Below the pieces are notes generated by a model. It had not been told where the DNA came from. It ran no database searches and saw only the letters and a list, made by a program, of their open reading frames with translations. Below, piece by piece: positions 26,826-35,742 of a DNA stretch of 62,424 bases (the stretch's first letter is position 1; the number at the start of each line of letters is the position of its first letter). Source of the DNA: an uncultured Candidatus Poseidoniales archaeon. GTDB lineage: Archaea; Thermoplasmatota; Poseidoniia; Poseidoniales; Thalassarchaeaceae. The translations under genes were made by a program, and so were the position numbers. Location of the stretch: positions 1 to 62,424 of the forward strand of contig CAYMRU010000001.1 in assembly GCA_964392975.1 (NCBI GenBank), given 5' to 3'.

Positions 26826-27380
26826 ATGAATACCGATGCGATGAGCAGGTTACACGGACATATCGTGCGATTCTGTGTCATCAACGGCATATTTCTTCTG
26901 ATACTTCTTCTGACAGGATTCGGGGCGCCAGTAAGCTCTTTGTCTCTTTTAGCATTACTCGCCACCGCCCTGATTATACCTATTGGGGTGGTCTCAATCA
27001 TTATGCTTTATCGAAAGTCCGAAGGTGGCTTGAATGTCGCAATTGCTAATCTAGCACTTACTGGATCTCTTCTCTTACTAATCGGAATTCTTGGATTGTA
27101 TTCCTATATTACAGGCTCTAAAGGAAGCATTCTACTGCCCATAGCCCTGACGCTACTGGGTGTTTCGACACTCAGGAGGATACCCACACTAAGGAATGAT
27201 GCATATGTGGCCTGGTATCAATCATTCTCGAGTTCTACTACTATCTCATCTGGAGATACAGAGGTCCTCACTATGTGCCCGGATTGTAGCAGTATACTAG
27301 CAGTAATTCCATCAAAATTATCACCAACTGATTTATGTCCTAACTGCGGAAACAAATTGGTATCGATTGAAGAGGAGTAA
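26826..27380 (+). CDS. hypothetical polytopic membrane protein with a C-terminal zinc ribbon
   Basis: About 4 TM helices, then CPDC...x18...CPNCG. Confidence 0.55.
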   Translation: MNTDAMSRLHGHIVRFCVINGIFLLILLLTGFGAPVSSLSLLALLATALIIPIGVVSIIMLYRKSEGGLNVAIANLALTGSLLLLIGILGLYSYITGSKGSILLPIALTLLGVSTLRRIPTLRNDAYVAWYQSFSSSTTISSGDTEVLTMCPDCSSILAVIPSKLSPTDLCPNCGNKLVSIEEE

Positions 27381-28514
27381 TTAGAATCTCTCAAGAGCTA
27401 CTGCCATGCCCATTCCTCCACCTATGCACATAGTAGCTATGGCTCTGGAAGAAGAGGTCCTATTGAGTAGTGAAGCGGCCTTTCCGACGATTCTGACTCC
27501 AGAAGCTCCGAGTGGGTGCCCAATTGAGATTGCACCACCATCTATGTTGACTATATTTTTATCAAAATCCAATTCTGAGATTACAGCGAGACTCTGAGAT
27601 GAAAATGCCTCATTCAGCTCTATCACATCGATAGAATCGGAATCCCATCCTGTGTTGGAAAATAGTTTCTTTGTCGCAGACACGGGGCCGATACCCATGA
27701 GTGCGGGATCACAGCCAGTGACTGTTCCGGATACTATGCGTGCAAGGGGTTTCAAGCCATGGGAAGTGGCATAGTCCTCACTACAAACTATCATTGCCGC
27801 AGCACCATCAGTGAGTGGAGATGATGTAGCCGCGGTGACTGTTCCTGATTCGGAGAATACTGGTCTGAGACCTGACATCAATTCGAGATTTGTATCAGGG
27901 CGTATGCAGCCATCACGAACTACCTTGGCTAAATCAGATTGAATCTCAATCAACTCATCATCGAAATGTCCTTTCTCAGCAGCCTTTGATGACTTCTGAT
28001 GTGACTGTAGGGCAAACTCTTCTTGATTTTCCCTGCTAATCGACCATTTATCGGCGACATTTTCTGCAGTGACACCCATTTCCACATATGATTCAGGCCA
28101 ATCAATGCTCAACATGGGATTTGGACTCCAGTTGTACCCTCTGCGTTTGACTCTAGACATCGACTCTACACCAGCGCACATGTAGCAATCACCCCAACCT
28201 GACTCTATGCTTGATGCTGCAGAAAGAACGGTATGCATTGAAGAGCCGCATAAGCGATTAATGGTCATCCCAGGAACAGACACGGGGAAACCGGAAAGAG
28301 AAGACACCAATCGCCCTAGATTGTAACCCTGTTCGGCTTCAGGATATGCACAGCCGAGAATTAGGTCGTTGAAATCGCTAGATTTGATTTCGTTCCTCTC
28401 TAACAGTTTAGATATCACTTGACTGGCTAAATCATCGGGTCTGACGGTTCTCAGTTCGCCCTTGTGTGCTCGCTGGAAGGGCGATCTTGCCCAGTCAACT
28501 ATTACAGCGCCCAT
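27381..28514 (-). CDS. 3-ketoacyl-CoA thiolase / acetyl-CoA acetyltransferase (bacterial FadA-like)
   Basis: INRLCGSSMH active-site Cys region, NEAFSSQ, and C-terminal CIGGGMGMA. Confidence 0.9.
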   Translation of the reverse strand: MGAVIVDWARSPFQRAHKGELRTVRPDDLASQVISKLLERNEIKSSDFNDLILGCAYPEAEQGYNLGRLVSSLSGFPVSVPGMTINRLCGSSMHTVLSAASSIESGWGDCYMCAGVESMSRVKRRGYNWSPNPMLSIDWPESYVEMGVTAENVADKWSISRENQEEFALQSHQKSSKAAEKGHFDDELIEIQSDLAKVVRDGCIRPDTNLELMSGLRPVFSESGTVTAATSSPLTDGAAAMIVCSEDYATSHGLKPLARIVSGTVTGCDPALMGIGPVSATKKLFSNTGWDSDSIDVIELNEAFSSQSLAVISELDFDKNIVNIDGGAISIGHPLGASGVRIVGKAASLLNRTSSSRAIATMCIGGGMGMAVALERF

Positions 28515-28571
28515 ACCTTACACCAACAAGTCGTCTCACATAACCATTGACTATGTGCAGATTGATGAATA

Positions 28572-29312
28572 ATGCCGGACCGAGGGGTTCTTGAGAGGCT
28601 TGCCACTCGAAGGGATGATACGATGATTAGGGAATGTACCAACCATGGATACTACGCAGACGACGACCTGTGTCCAGCTTGTAACTCGGAAGGCCGTTTC
28701 ATCATGCGCACCGGTGAGAGAGACGGACTGGCGAGACGTTTAGCACTAGTTCTCAGGCACGCCCCAGAGAAGTTTGATCTCGAGATGGACATTAATGGCT
28801 GGATCGACCTAAAAGATATCATCAGACAATTCAAGAATTCCAACAAGAGGAGGTATCACTGGCTGCGCCCCCATCACTTCAGAGCGATATCTGAAACTGA
28901 TCCAAAAGGCAGGTACGAAGTTCGTGGCAATATGATTAGGGCTACTTATGGCCATACTGTGGAAATAGAGCTCGACCTACCCACCGACAACATCCCTGAG
29001 TCACTATTCTTCCCCTGCGATCCAAAAGAGTCGGAAAATCTCCTAGAGTTCGGATTAAGTCCTAGTGGTAGATCGCACGTTCATCTTTCTGCAACGATCA
29101 GGTCCGCTGCTGAGGCGGGCCATGTTCATCATAGTCTACCGTCATTATTGGAAGTAGATACTGCTCGAATGGTAGCTTCTGGAGACACAATTTGGCACGC
29201 TGGAGTCACAGTTTACCTCGCTGATAATGTGCCTGCTGAATACCTAACTCTACTACCTAACGACCACCCAGAATACGAGTTGGCCAGAGTGCACTGGGAC
29301 GAAGAGGAATGA
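28572..29312 (+). CDS. kptA: RNA 2'-phosphotransferase Tpt1/KptA with an N-terminal Zn-ribbon
   Basis: LARRLALVLRHAPEKFDLEMDINGWIDL, KGRYEVRGNMIRATYGHT and HLSAT are collinear with Tpt1. The N-terminal CTNHGYYADDDLCPAC knuckle is an addition. ATG 28623 is an alternative start. Confidence 0.85.
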   Translation: MPDRGVLERLATRRDDTMIRECTNHGYYADDDLCPACNSEGRFIMRTGERDGLARRLALVLRHAPEKFDLEMDINGWIDLKDIIRQFKNSNKRRYHWLRPHHFRAISETDPKGRYEVRGNMIRATYGHTVEIELDLPTDNIPESLFFPCDPKESENLLEFGLSPSGRSHVHLSATIRSAAEAGHVHHSLPSLLEVDTARMVASGDTIWHAGVTVYLADNVPAEYLTLLPNDHPEYELARVHWDEEE

Positions 29313-29642
29313 TCATCGGTACTCGCCGCATGCAGGGCAGAAATCAAGATCTGAATTGACAGGCTCGTGACAGCCTGAACAAACTGTATTGTCAGAAGGC
29401 TCAGACTTCTCAAGATCGGTATTCTCTACGACCCTAACTGGAGAGGGTGCTTCAGAGAATGGAGAAGGTACCGATTCTGATTGCTCGGTGATGATTTGAC
29501 GGTATTGAATTGCTAATTGAATTGCTGATTCAATCTGAATGTTCACCCGATCTCTTTCAGAAGGGTCCTCGATATTCTCAGATATTGCTAAACGAGCCTG
29601 TAGCCATCTTTGGAACTGCTCTATCTCAGGTGACTCGCCCAT
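29313..29642 (-). CDS. hypothetical acidic protein with a C-terminal zinc ribbon
   Basis: CSGC...x11...CPACG at the C-terminus. Trimmed to ATG 29642. Its stop abuts the kptA stop with zero spacing, in convergent orientation. Confidence 0.5.
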   Translation of the reverse strand: MGESPEIEQFQRWLQARLAISENIEDPSERDRVNIQIESAIQLAIQYRQIITEQSESVPSPFSEAPSPVRVVENTDLEKSEPSDNTVCSGCHEPVNSDLDFCPACGEYR

Positions 29643-29711
29643 AGTAGCCTCATGCATCCATCTGTCATGAATCTACGGTATATGCTAAGTCGTATAGCCC
29701 GTGGCCAATTC

Positions 29712-30503
29712 ATGGGACGTGTAATCATCAAGTTGGGTGGTGGACTGATTACAGACAAGTCTCGATATAAGACAGTGATTCGAGATCGGATAGATGCTGT
29801 ATCACATGAAATATCTAGAATCATCGATTTAGGACACTCAGTAATTGTAATACATGGAGCAGGTTCATTTGGCCACATTGAAGCAAAGAAATGGCGAATC
29901 AGCGATGGATTTGACTTGGATATCTCGGATCATCAGCACTCGGCAATTCAATTGATACGCAATGATATGGATGAATTGAACTCAATCGTCGCAGACTCAT
30001 TATTGAAATTCGGAGTACGTTGTGATTCACTACCTCCAAGAGATTGGGTAAATGGAGTTGGGACTGGTTTCACCGGTGATGTGGGCATATTCAATCGCGT
30101 TCCAGATTCTCCTGTTCCGATTAGTTTCGGTGATATCGTAGAAATCGATGATGAGCGACAGTTCGGCATACTATCGGGAGATCATCTGATGGTCAGAATT
30201 GCAACCGAATTGCCGGATGTGATTCTATGTGCGTTCCTGCTGGGCGATACTGACGGACTACTATCAGGCCCCCCGGGAAGTAAAGATGCTCGGTTAATCG
30301 AAACTTGGTCTAAATCCCAGAGTTTCACCGGTGAACATAATGAGAAGATAGATGTGACAGGTGGAATTCTCTTGAAGGTTCGTTGTGCCTCACATATCTC
30401 TCACTATGCCGAACAGGTTTGGTTCATTGATGGAAGGCAGCCTGGGAGATTAATCGATATACTGTCTGGTCAAGACGTCATAGGTACCAGAATTGTTCCA
30501 TGA
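29712..30503 (+). CDS. isopentenyl phosphate kinase (amino-acid-kinase fold)
   Basis: IIKLGGGLITDK and VIVIHGAGSFGH motifs. Trimmed from 29652 to ATG 29712 (MGRVIIKLGG). Confidence 0.85.
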   Translation: MGRVIIKLGGGLITDKSRYKTVIRDRIDAVSHEISRIIDLGHSVIVIHGAGSFGHIEAKKWRISDGFDLDISDHQHSAIQLIRNDMDELNSIVADSLLKFGVRCDSLPPRDWVNGVGTGFTGDVGIFNRVPDSPVPISFGDIVEIDDERQFGILSGDHLMVRIATELPDVILCAFLLGDTDGLLSGPPGSKDARLIETWSKSQSFTGEHNEKIDVTGGILLKVRCASHISHYAEQVWFIDGRQPGRLIDILSGQDVIGTRIVP

Positions 30504-32251
30504 TGATGCCATCGAAACCCGAATTGGGTTATATGCAACCGTATTGTCGCATCAACATGGCAGGAGATACTGAGTTGTCTGCTCTAGAGGGGCACGATGG
30601 CTCACAAGCGGATATGATGACTGAGTGTTGTATCTTGGTTGACACATCGGGTAACAGCATCGGCTCAGAAACAAAACTCAACTGCCATTATGGTAAAGGG
30701 CTACTCCATCGAGCATTCAGTGTCCTAATTTTCGACAATGAAAGTAGATTGCTCGTTCAACAGCGTTCAGGAGACAAGATTACGTTCCCCTCTGTATGGG
30801 CCAATACTTGTTGCAGTCATCCCCTCGATATCCCTGGAGAGAATGGTGAAATTGTCTCAGGAGTAATGAAGGCTGCCAAGCGGAAACTGCACCAAGAGCT
30901 GGGTATTCAACAAGAGGATCTTTCGTTAATTGAGTTTAGACATCTCGGTTCATTCCACTACGAATGCAGATGGAATGCAGAATGGATTGAGAGGGAAATC
31001 GATCATGTTCTTGTAGCAGTGGTTAATCACCTTAATATCAATCCCAATCCCAATGAAATCTCCTCGATTAAATGGGTAGAGGGTTCGGAAATCAAGGACA
31101 TGATGTCGGGAGTGGGGTTCTGGCAGGACCAGATTGTTGCCCCTTGGTTCAGACTACTCTGGAACGAATTCATAGATGAGCACTATCCAGATGTAAGCGA
31201 TGCTCCATATAAGGATGGAGTAGTCCAATTCGGAGAAGTGAATATGGGTGGTGAAGCAGTGGCTCCTGGACAGAATCTGATGGATGCTATAGCACTGCAT
31301 CGAGAACACGTCGAGACAGTAATCATGCGAAGTCTAGATAAGATGAAGCAAGAAAGACTTCATGGAGCCATGACACATCTGTTCAGAGGGGGTGGAAAGA
31401 GATTGAGAGCCACACTTCCACGAATAGTTGGAGAAGCCGTAGGAGATGCTCATGAAGGACACTACACACTAGGGGCTTCAATCGAAATAATCCATAATTT
31501 CACCTTAGTCCATGACGATCTGATGGATCAGGATCCTATCAGGCGAGGTCTCGATGCGGTACACGTGGCGTATGATGACTCGACTGCCATAAACGCAGGT
31601 GATGCAATGCTGGCAGTCGCTTTCGAGATTCTAGCAGAATCTCCTGATATTGACTCAGACAAATTAGCTCTTCTAGTCAGATCTATCGGAGAGATGGTAA
31701 GGAATGTGGCAGATGGTCAGCAGGAGGATATTTCTTTTGAGACGCGAGATCGAGTGACAGAAGAAGAATACATTGCGATGATTACGGGCAAGACTAGTGT
31801 GATGTTTGAGACATGCGCAGGTACTGGAGCCATTCTCGCTGGTGCGTCTCCTGATATCGTGAAGAACATGGAGAACTGGGGACTCAATCTAGGACTGTGT
31901 TTCCAATTGATGGATGACCTGATTGATATTACTGGCGATACTAAGACTCTAGGGAAGCCTGCAGGCTCTGATATCGTACAAGGCAAGAAGACTCTAATTG
32001 CTATACATGCACTACAGTGTGGGGTTGATTTGCCAGCATTTTCCAAAGCATATGGATCTGGAGAATGTTCAGAGCAAGAGTTGTCGGATGCTGTCGAAGA
32101 ACTTCATGACAGTGGCTCTATTCAATACGCAAAGGATAGGGCCATGCATCACCATTCTCTCGCACACGAGTGCCTTGACATATTGCCCGATAGTCCAGCC
32201 CTATCAGTGCTAAGGGAACTAACTGACTTCCAATTGATACGGATAAATTAG
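30500..32251 (+). CDS. fusion protein: type-1 isopentenyl-diphosphate isomerase (Nudix fold) plus (geranyl)geranyl diphosphate synthase
   Basis: The N-terminal half has LLHRAFSVLIFDNESRLLVQQRS, WANTCCSHP (catalytic Cys) and EREIDHV (catalytic Glu). The C-terminal half has FARM LVHDDLMDQD and SARM FQLMDDLID. The start overlaps the IPK stop (ATGA). Confidence 0.88.
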   Translation: MMMPSKPELGYMQPYCRINMAGDTELSALEGHDGSQADMMTECCILVDTSGNSIGSETKLNCHYGKGLLHRAFSVLIFDNESRLLVQQRSGDKITFPSVWANTCCSHPLDIPGENGEIVSGVMKAAKRKLHQELGIQQEDLSLIEFRHLGSFHYECRWNAEWIEREIDHVLVAVVNHLNINPNPNEISSIKWVEGSEIKDMMSGVGFWQDQIVAPWFRLLWNEFIDEHYPDVSDAPYKDGVVQFGEVNMGGEAVAPGQNLMDAIALHREHVETVIMRSLDKMKQERLHGAMTHLFRGGGKRLRATLPRIVGEAVGDAHEGHYTLGASIEIIHNFTLVHDDLMDQDPIRRGLDAVHVAYDDSTAINAGDAMLAVAFEILAESPDIDSDKLALLVRSIGEMVRNVADGQQEDISFETRDRVTEEEYIAMITGKTSVMFETCAGTGAILAGASPDIVKNMENWGLNLGLCFQLMDDLIDITGDTKTLGKPAGSDIVQGKKTLIAIHALQCGVDLPAFSKAYGSGECSEQELSDAVEELHDSGSIQYAKDRAMHHHSLAHECLDILPDSPALSVLRELTDFQLIRIN

Positions 32252-32253
32252 TA

Positions 32254-34461
32254 TCAATCCATGTAATGAGCTTCTCCAGGTATCTCGGGTTTGAGACCCT
32301 TTCTCTCCCTGATTTCGCCTGTTACATCACCGAACAAATTCTGAGGCAGGTGAACGTAACCTGCATTCTCAGTGTTCCAAATGGCCCTGCCTTGGCTGGC
32401 AGCTCTAATGTCATTTGAGAATCCAAATGTCTCTGCCACAGGCATCGTACCAATGATGCTGGCAGTGCTACCATCGACTGGCATATCTTCGATAATACCG
32501 CGTCGTGTGGTCACTTCCCTGGTCACACCACCGATGACGTCGTTAGGAGCATCGATGCGTATCTTCTGTATCGGCTCAAATATGACTGATTTGGACCTTA
32601 TTAGCGCACCCTTGATTGCGTTCCTGACGGCAGGAATGGTCTGAGCAGGCCCTCTATGAATAGCGTCCTCGTGCAACTTTGCATCGACAAGTCGTACCAG
32701 TACTCCCATCAATGGCTCATCCGCAACTGGTCCCTTCTTACAGACGTCGTTGAAACCCTCAATTATCAGTTCCCTAGTCTCGTGTAGGTTCTGAATACCC
32801 TTGGTGTCATTGACAAATAGATTGGTACCATGTATTGCGTAAATCTTTCGCATCAAATCTTTGTTCATGCCAAACTCGGCGAATCTATCTCCAACCTCCT
32901 TAGCATCCTTGTTTCGGACAGCACCATCCCCAAAGGCACCCTCTCTTAGGGCCGTGACGACATCTTCTGGTAGTGGCTCGGTCTCGATGTAGAAGCGATT
33001 GTGTCGATTGGGTGATTTACCCTCGAAGGAACGGCCTTTGTTGTCTGAGGAGATAGACTCTCTGTAGACCACTATAGGCTCACTGACTGTGACCTTGATG
33101 CCCTCTTCCTCTTCTAATCTATAGACTGTAATCTCCAAATGTAACTCGCCCATCCCAGCTAAGAGAGCTTCCCCGGTCTCTTGATTGGTGGACACTTGAA
33201 GCGAAGCATCGGCCTTGCCCAGCCTTCTCAGTGCATCAATGAACTTAGGCAGATCCTTCATCGACTTAGGCTCAACAGCAACTGTGACTACAGGCTCAGA
33301 GTAATGCCTGATAGCTTCGAAAGGCGTTGCATCTTCCTCTCTCGTGATTGTGACACCGGCGGCCGCGCTGCGAACGCCAGTGAGGGCAACGATATTTCCG
33401 GATGACACTTCAGGAACTTGGATCCTGTCGCTTCCAACCATCATACTCACCTGTTGGACCCTCTCGGGCTTTGCAGCACCAAGGGCCCAAACTGTCTCAC
33501 CTTGAGATATCGTTCCTGAGTAAATCCGTCCTACTGCGACTTCTCCGGCATGGGAATCCATCCAAATCTTGGTAATCATCAGTGAAAGCGGTCCAGCCGC
33601 ATCACAACCAATCATGGCGCTGCCTGTTGACGATTCGAGGTCACCCTGCCAAATGTTTGGAATCCTGTACTGCTGAGCGACCATAGGAGATGGAAGCTCC
33701 TGTACTGCCATGTCGAGAAGCACTTCGTGAACGGGCGATTTCTTGGCCAATTCCTTTTGTTGCTCATTATGACAGTGCTCGAAGATGTCCTTGAACGAAA
33801 TGCCAGACTTAGCCATGTAAGGTCCAGTAATGCCCCAGTTGTGATATGCCGAGCCGAATGCTACTGTTCCACCCTGAACGCTGACTTGCCAATCCTTGCG
33901 GTGCTCTTCGGGAGCAAATTGTCGAATTAGGGTGTTAACTCTGGTTATTTGCTCTTCGAATCTTTTTATCATGTCTTCTGGAGTGACTTGCAACTCATTG
34001 ATTAGTCGGTCCACCTTATTGATGAACAGAACTGGTTTCACCTTCTCCTTGAGAGCCTGTCTAACTACAGTCTCTGTTTGAGGCATTGCTCCTTCGACGG
34101 CACATGTTAGAATGATACATCCATCTACAGCACGCATTGCTCTAGTGACGTCACCACCGAAGTCAACGTGACCCGGTGTGTCGATGAGATTGATTAGGTA
34201 GTCGTTTCCACTTACACTGTGCACCATCGAAGCGCTTGCTGCATTGATAGTAATCCCACGGGCACTCTCTTGGTCATCGAAGTCAAGGACACGAGACTTA
34301 CCTGCCAAGTCTTCAGACATCATCCCAGCGCCTGCAATCAGGTTATCGGAGAGTGTCGTCTTACCGTGATCGATGTGGGCTGCAATGGCAAGGTTTCGAA
34401 TCCTTTCTCTCTGATGCATCACCTCGGTGGCACGCTTGATGTTGTCTTCCTTTCTACCCAT
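32254..34461 (-). CDS. fusA: translation elongation factor aEF-2
   Basis: AHIDHGKTTLSD G1 motif, DTPGHVDF, and a diphthamide-loop region near the C-terminus (DAIHRGPAQ). ATG 34461 (MGRKEDNIK) is preferred over GTG 34470. Confidence 0.96.
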   Translation of the reverse strand: MGRKEDNIKRATEVMHQRERIRNLAIAAHIDHGKTTLSDNLIAGAGMMSEDLAGKSRVLDFDDQESARGITINAASASMVHSVSGNDYLINLIDTPGHVDFGGDVTRAMRAVDGCIILTCAVEGAMPQTETVVRQALKEKVKPVLFINKVDRLINELQVTPEDMIKRFEEQITRVNTLIRQFAPEEHRKDWQVSVQGGTVAFGSAYHNWGITGPYMAKSGISFKDIFEHCHNEQQKELAKKSPVHEVLLDMAVQELPSPMVAQQYRIPNIWQGDLESSTGSAMIGCDAAGPLSLMITKIWMDSHAGEVAVGRIYSGTISQGETVWALGAAKPERVQQVSMMVGSDRIQVPEVSSGNIVALTGVRSAAAGVTITREEDATPFEAIRHYSEPVVTVAVEPKSMKDLPKFIDALRRLGKADASLQVSTNQETGEALLAGMGELHLEITVYRLEEEEGIKVTVSEPIVVYRESISSDNKGRSFEGKSPNRHNRFYIETEPLPEDVVTALREGAFGDGAVRNKDAKEVGDRFAEFGMNKDLMRKIYAIHGTNLFVNDTKGIQNLHETRELIIEGFNDVCKKGPVADEPLMGVLVRLVDAKLHEDAIHRGPAQTIPAVRNAIKGALIRSKSVIFEPIQKIRIDAPNDVIGGVTREVTTRRGIIEDMPVDGSTASIIGTMPVAETFGFSNDIRAASQGRAIWNTENAGYVHLPQNLFGDVTGEIRERKGLKPEIPGEAHYMD

Positions 34462-34560
34462 TACATCCACCTGTTGACGCGGCGACCTGACTGCGGTTCA
34501 TAAATCCGATTGTGGGACAACTGAATAGACTCTCAGTAGTCCTGTTGAGGGCGTAAGCCA

Positions 34561-35169
34561 TCACCTAGCAGAGGCAGCAATTCTCTCAATCTCCTCTCGC
34601 TTACCTACAGAAAAGGATGAGATGTCTCCATCAGCAGCTTTGGATAGCTCTGCTAGGATTCCCTCAGTGAGTGTCCTGCGACTCTTGGCAGTGGCTGAAG
34701 TAGATCCTATTGCGATGTTTCTCAACGCGATGTCGAGTCTTCGATTAGGAGATGAATCAACTGCCTTGGGTTGGCTAACTGCCCCTACCTTAATTCTGGT
34801 AATTTCCTCGCATGGGGCTGCTTCAATTATCGCGTCGATGAACTTCTGGAGTGGATTCTCTCCTGTCCTATTACCGATGCTTTCTAGAGCATTCTCGAAG
34901 GCTCCGACACAGTGCTGTTTCTTTCCAGTGAACTTGCCGGTTCGCATCAAATTGTTGATAAATCTCTCGACCACGGAAAGTTTTGACTTACCGAACCATG
35001 CATTTGCGTGCCTGCCTCCTGAGTGAGGAGTTCCTATGGTTGTGAGGTTGATGTAAGGAGCGAGGCCAGGGTCAGAGCAAGTGACCTCTGAGGCATCCCA
35101 CTTTCCGAACACCATAGTGCCGATGCCCGCGATAGGTTGCTCTGTCTCGACTGCTGCTTCCTCGGACAT
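34561..35169 (-). CDS. rps7: 30S ribosomal protein S7 (uS7)
   Basis: Collinear uS7 sequence (RFINNLMRTGKFTGKK...). Trimmed to ATG 35169, immediately after the S12 stop. Confidence 0.95.
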   Translation of the reverse strand: MSEEAAVETEQPIAGIGTMVFGKWDASEVTCSDPGLAPYINLTTIGTPHSGGRHANAWFGKSKLSVVERFINNLMRTGKFTGKKQHCVGAFENALESIGNRTGENPLQKFIDAIIEAAPCEEITRIKVGAVSQPKAVDSSPNRRLDIALRNIAIGSTSATAKSRRTLTEGILAELSKAADGDISSFSVGKREEIERIAASAR

Positions 35170-35173
35170 GAAA

Positions 35174-35614
35174 TCACCTGATTGGTTTCTCCTTGCGTCC
35201 ACGGACCATCTCATCTAGAGATACGCCATTGACCTTGATTACCTTGTATCGCACACCTGGTAAGTCTCCGTACGACCTACCCATCCTACCGCCGATACCT
35301 TCGACGAGAACCTCGTCATGCTCGTCGATAAATGAAATCGCACCGTCTCCGGGTGCAAATGCCGTGAGTTTGTTCCCCGTCCTGATTAGACTAATCTTGA
35401 CAGCCTTCCTGATGCCCGAGTTAGGTTGCTTGGCCTCGAAACCGACCTTCTCGATGACGATCCCCTTAGCTTGTGTGCTGCCTTTCAAGGGATCGTGCTT
35501 CAGCACACCTCCTTGTCGGCGCTTGATTTCGCGGTCTCGGAACTTACGCTCCTTCCAACGATACTTCTTACGGTCATTCTTCATCTTCGATCCGGAGAAT
35601 AATCCACGACCCAA
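35174..35614 (-). CDS. rps12: 30S ribosomal protein S12 (uS12)
   Basis: [30 protein letters not shown] and typical archaeal uS12 length (146 aa). Conserved S12-S7-EF2 order. Confidence 0.96.
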   Translation of the reverse strand: MGRGLFSGSKMKNDRKKYRWKERKFRDREIKRRQGGVLKHDPLKGSTQAKGIVIEKVGFEAKQPNSGIRKAVKISLIRTGNKLTAFAPGDGAISFIDEHDEVLVEGIGGRMGRSYGDLPGVRYKVIKVNGVSLDEMVRGRKEKPIR

Positions 35615-35652
35615 GTGTACACCTCAAATGACGCCCCGCCGACCTACCCTCC

Positions 35653-35658
35653 ATATAA
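35653..35658. promoter_or_regulatory. TATA-like element (ccATATAAga) in the S12 / UbiD divergent intergenic region
   Basis: This is the only A/T hexamer in a GC-rich 128-nt spacer. It lies about 40 nt upstream of the rps12 ATG (minus strand) and about 85 nt upstream of the ubiD-like ATG (plus strand). Based on position only. Confidence 0.2.
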
Positions 35659-35742
35659 GAGCGTGACGGACTCACCGTAGGTGAGGGCTTCGGGCCCCCA
35701 ACCTCGCCAACATTGAAACCGAAGACGCGTCGGGTCCTAATT

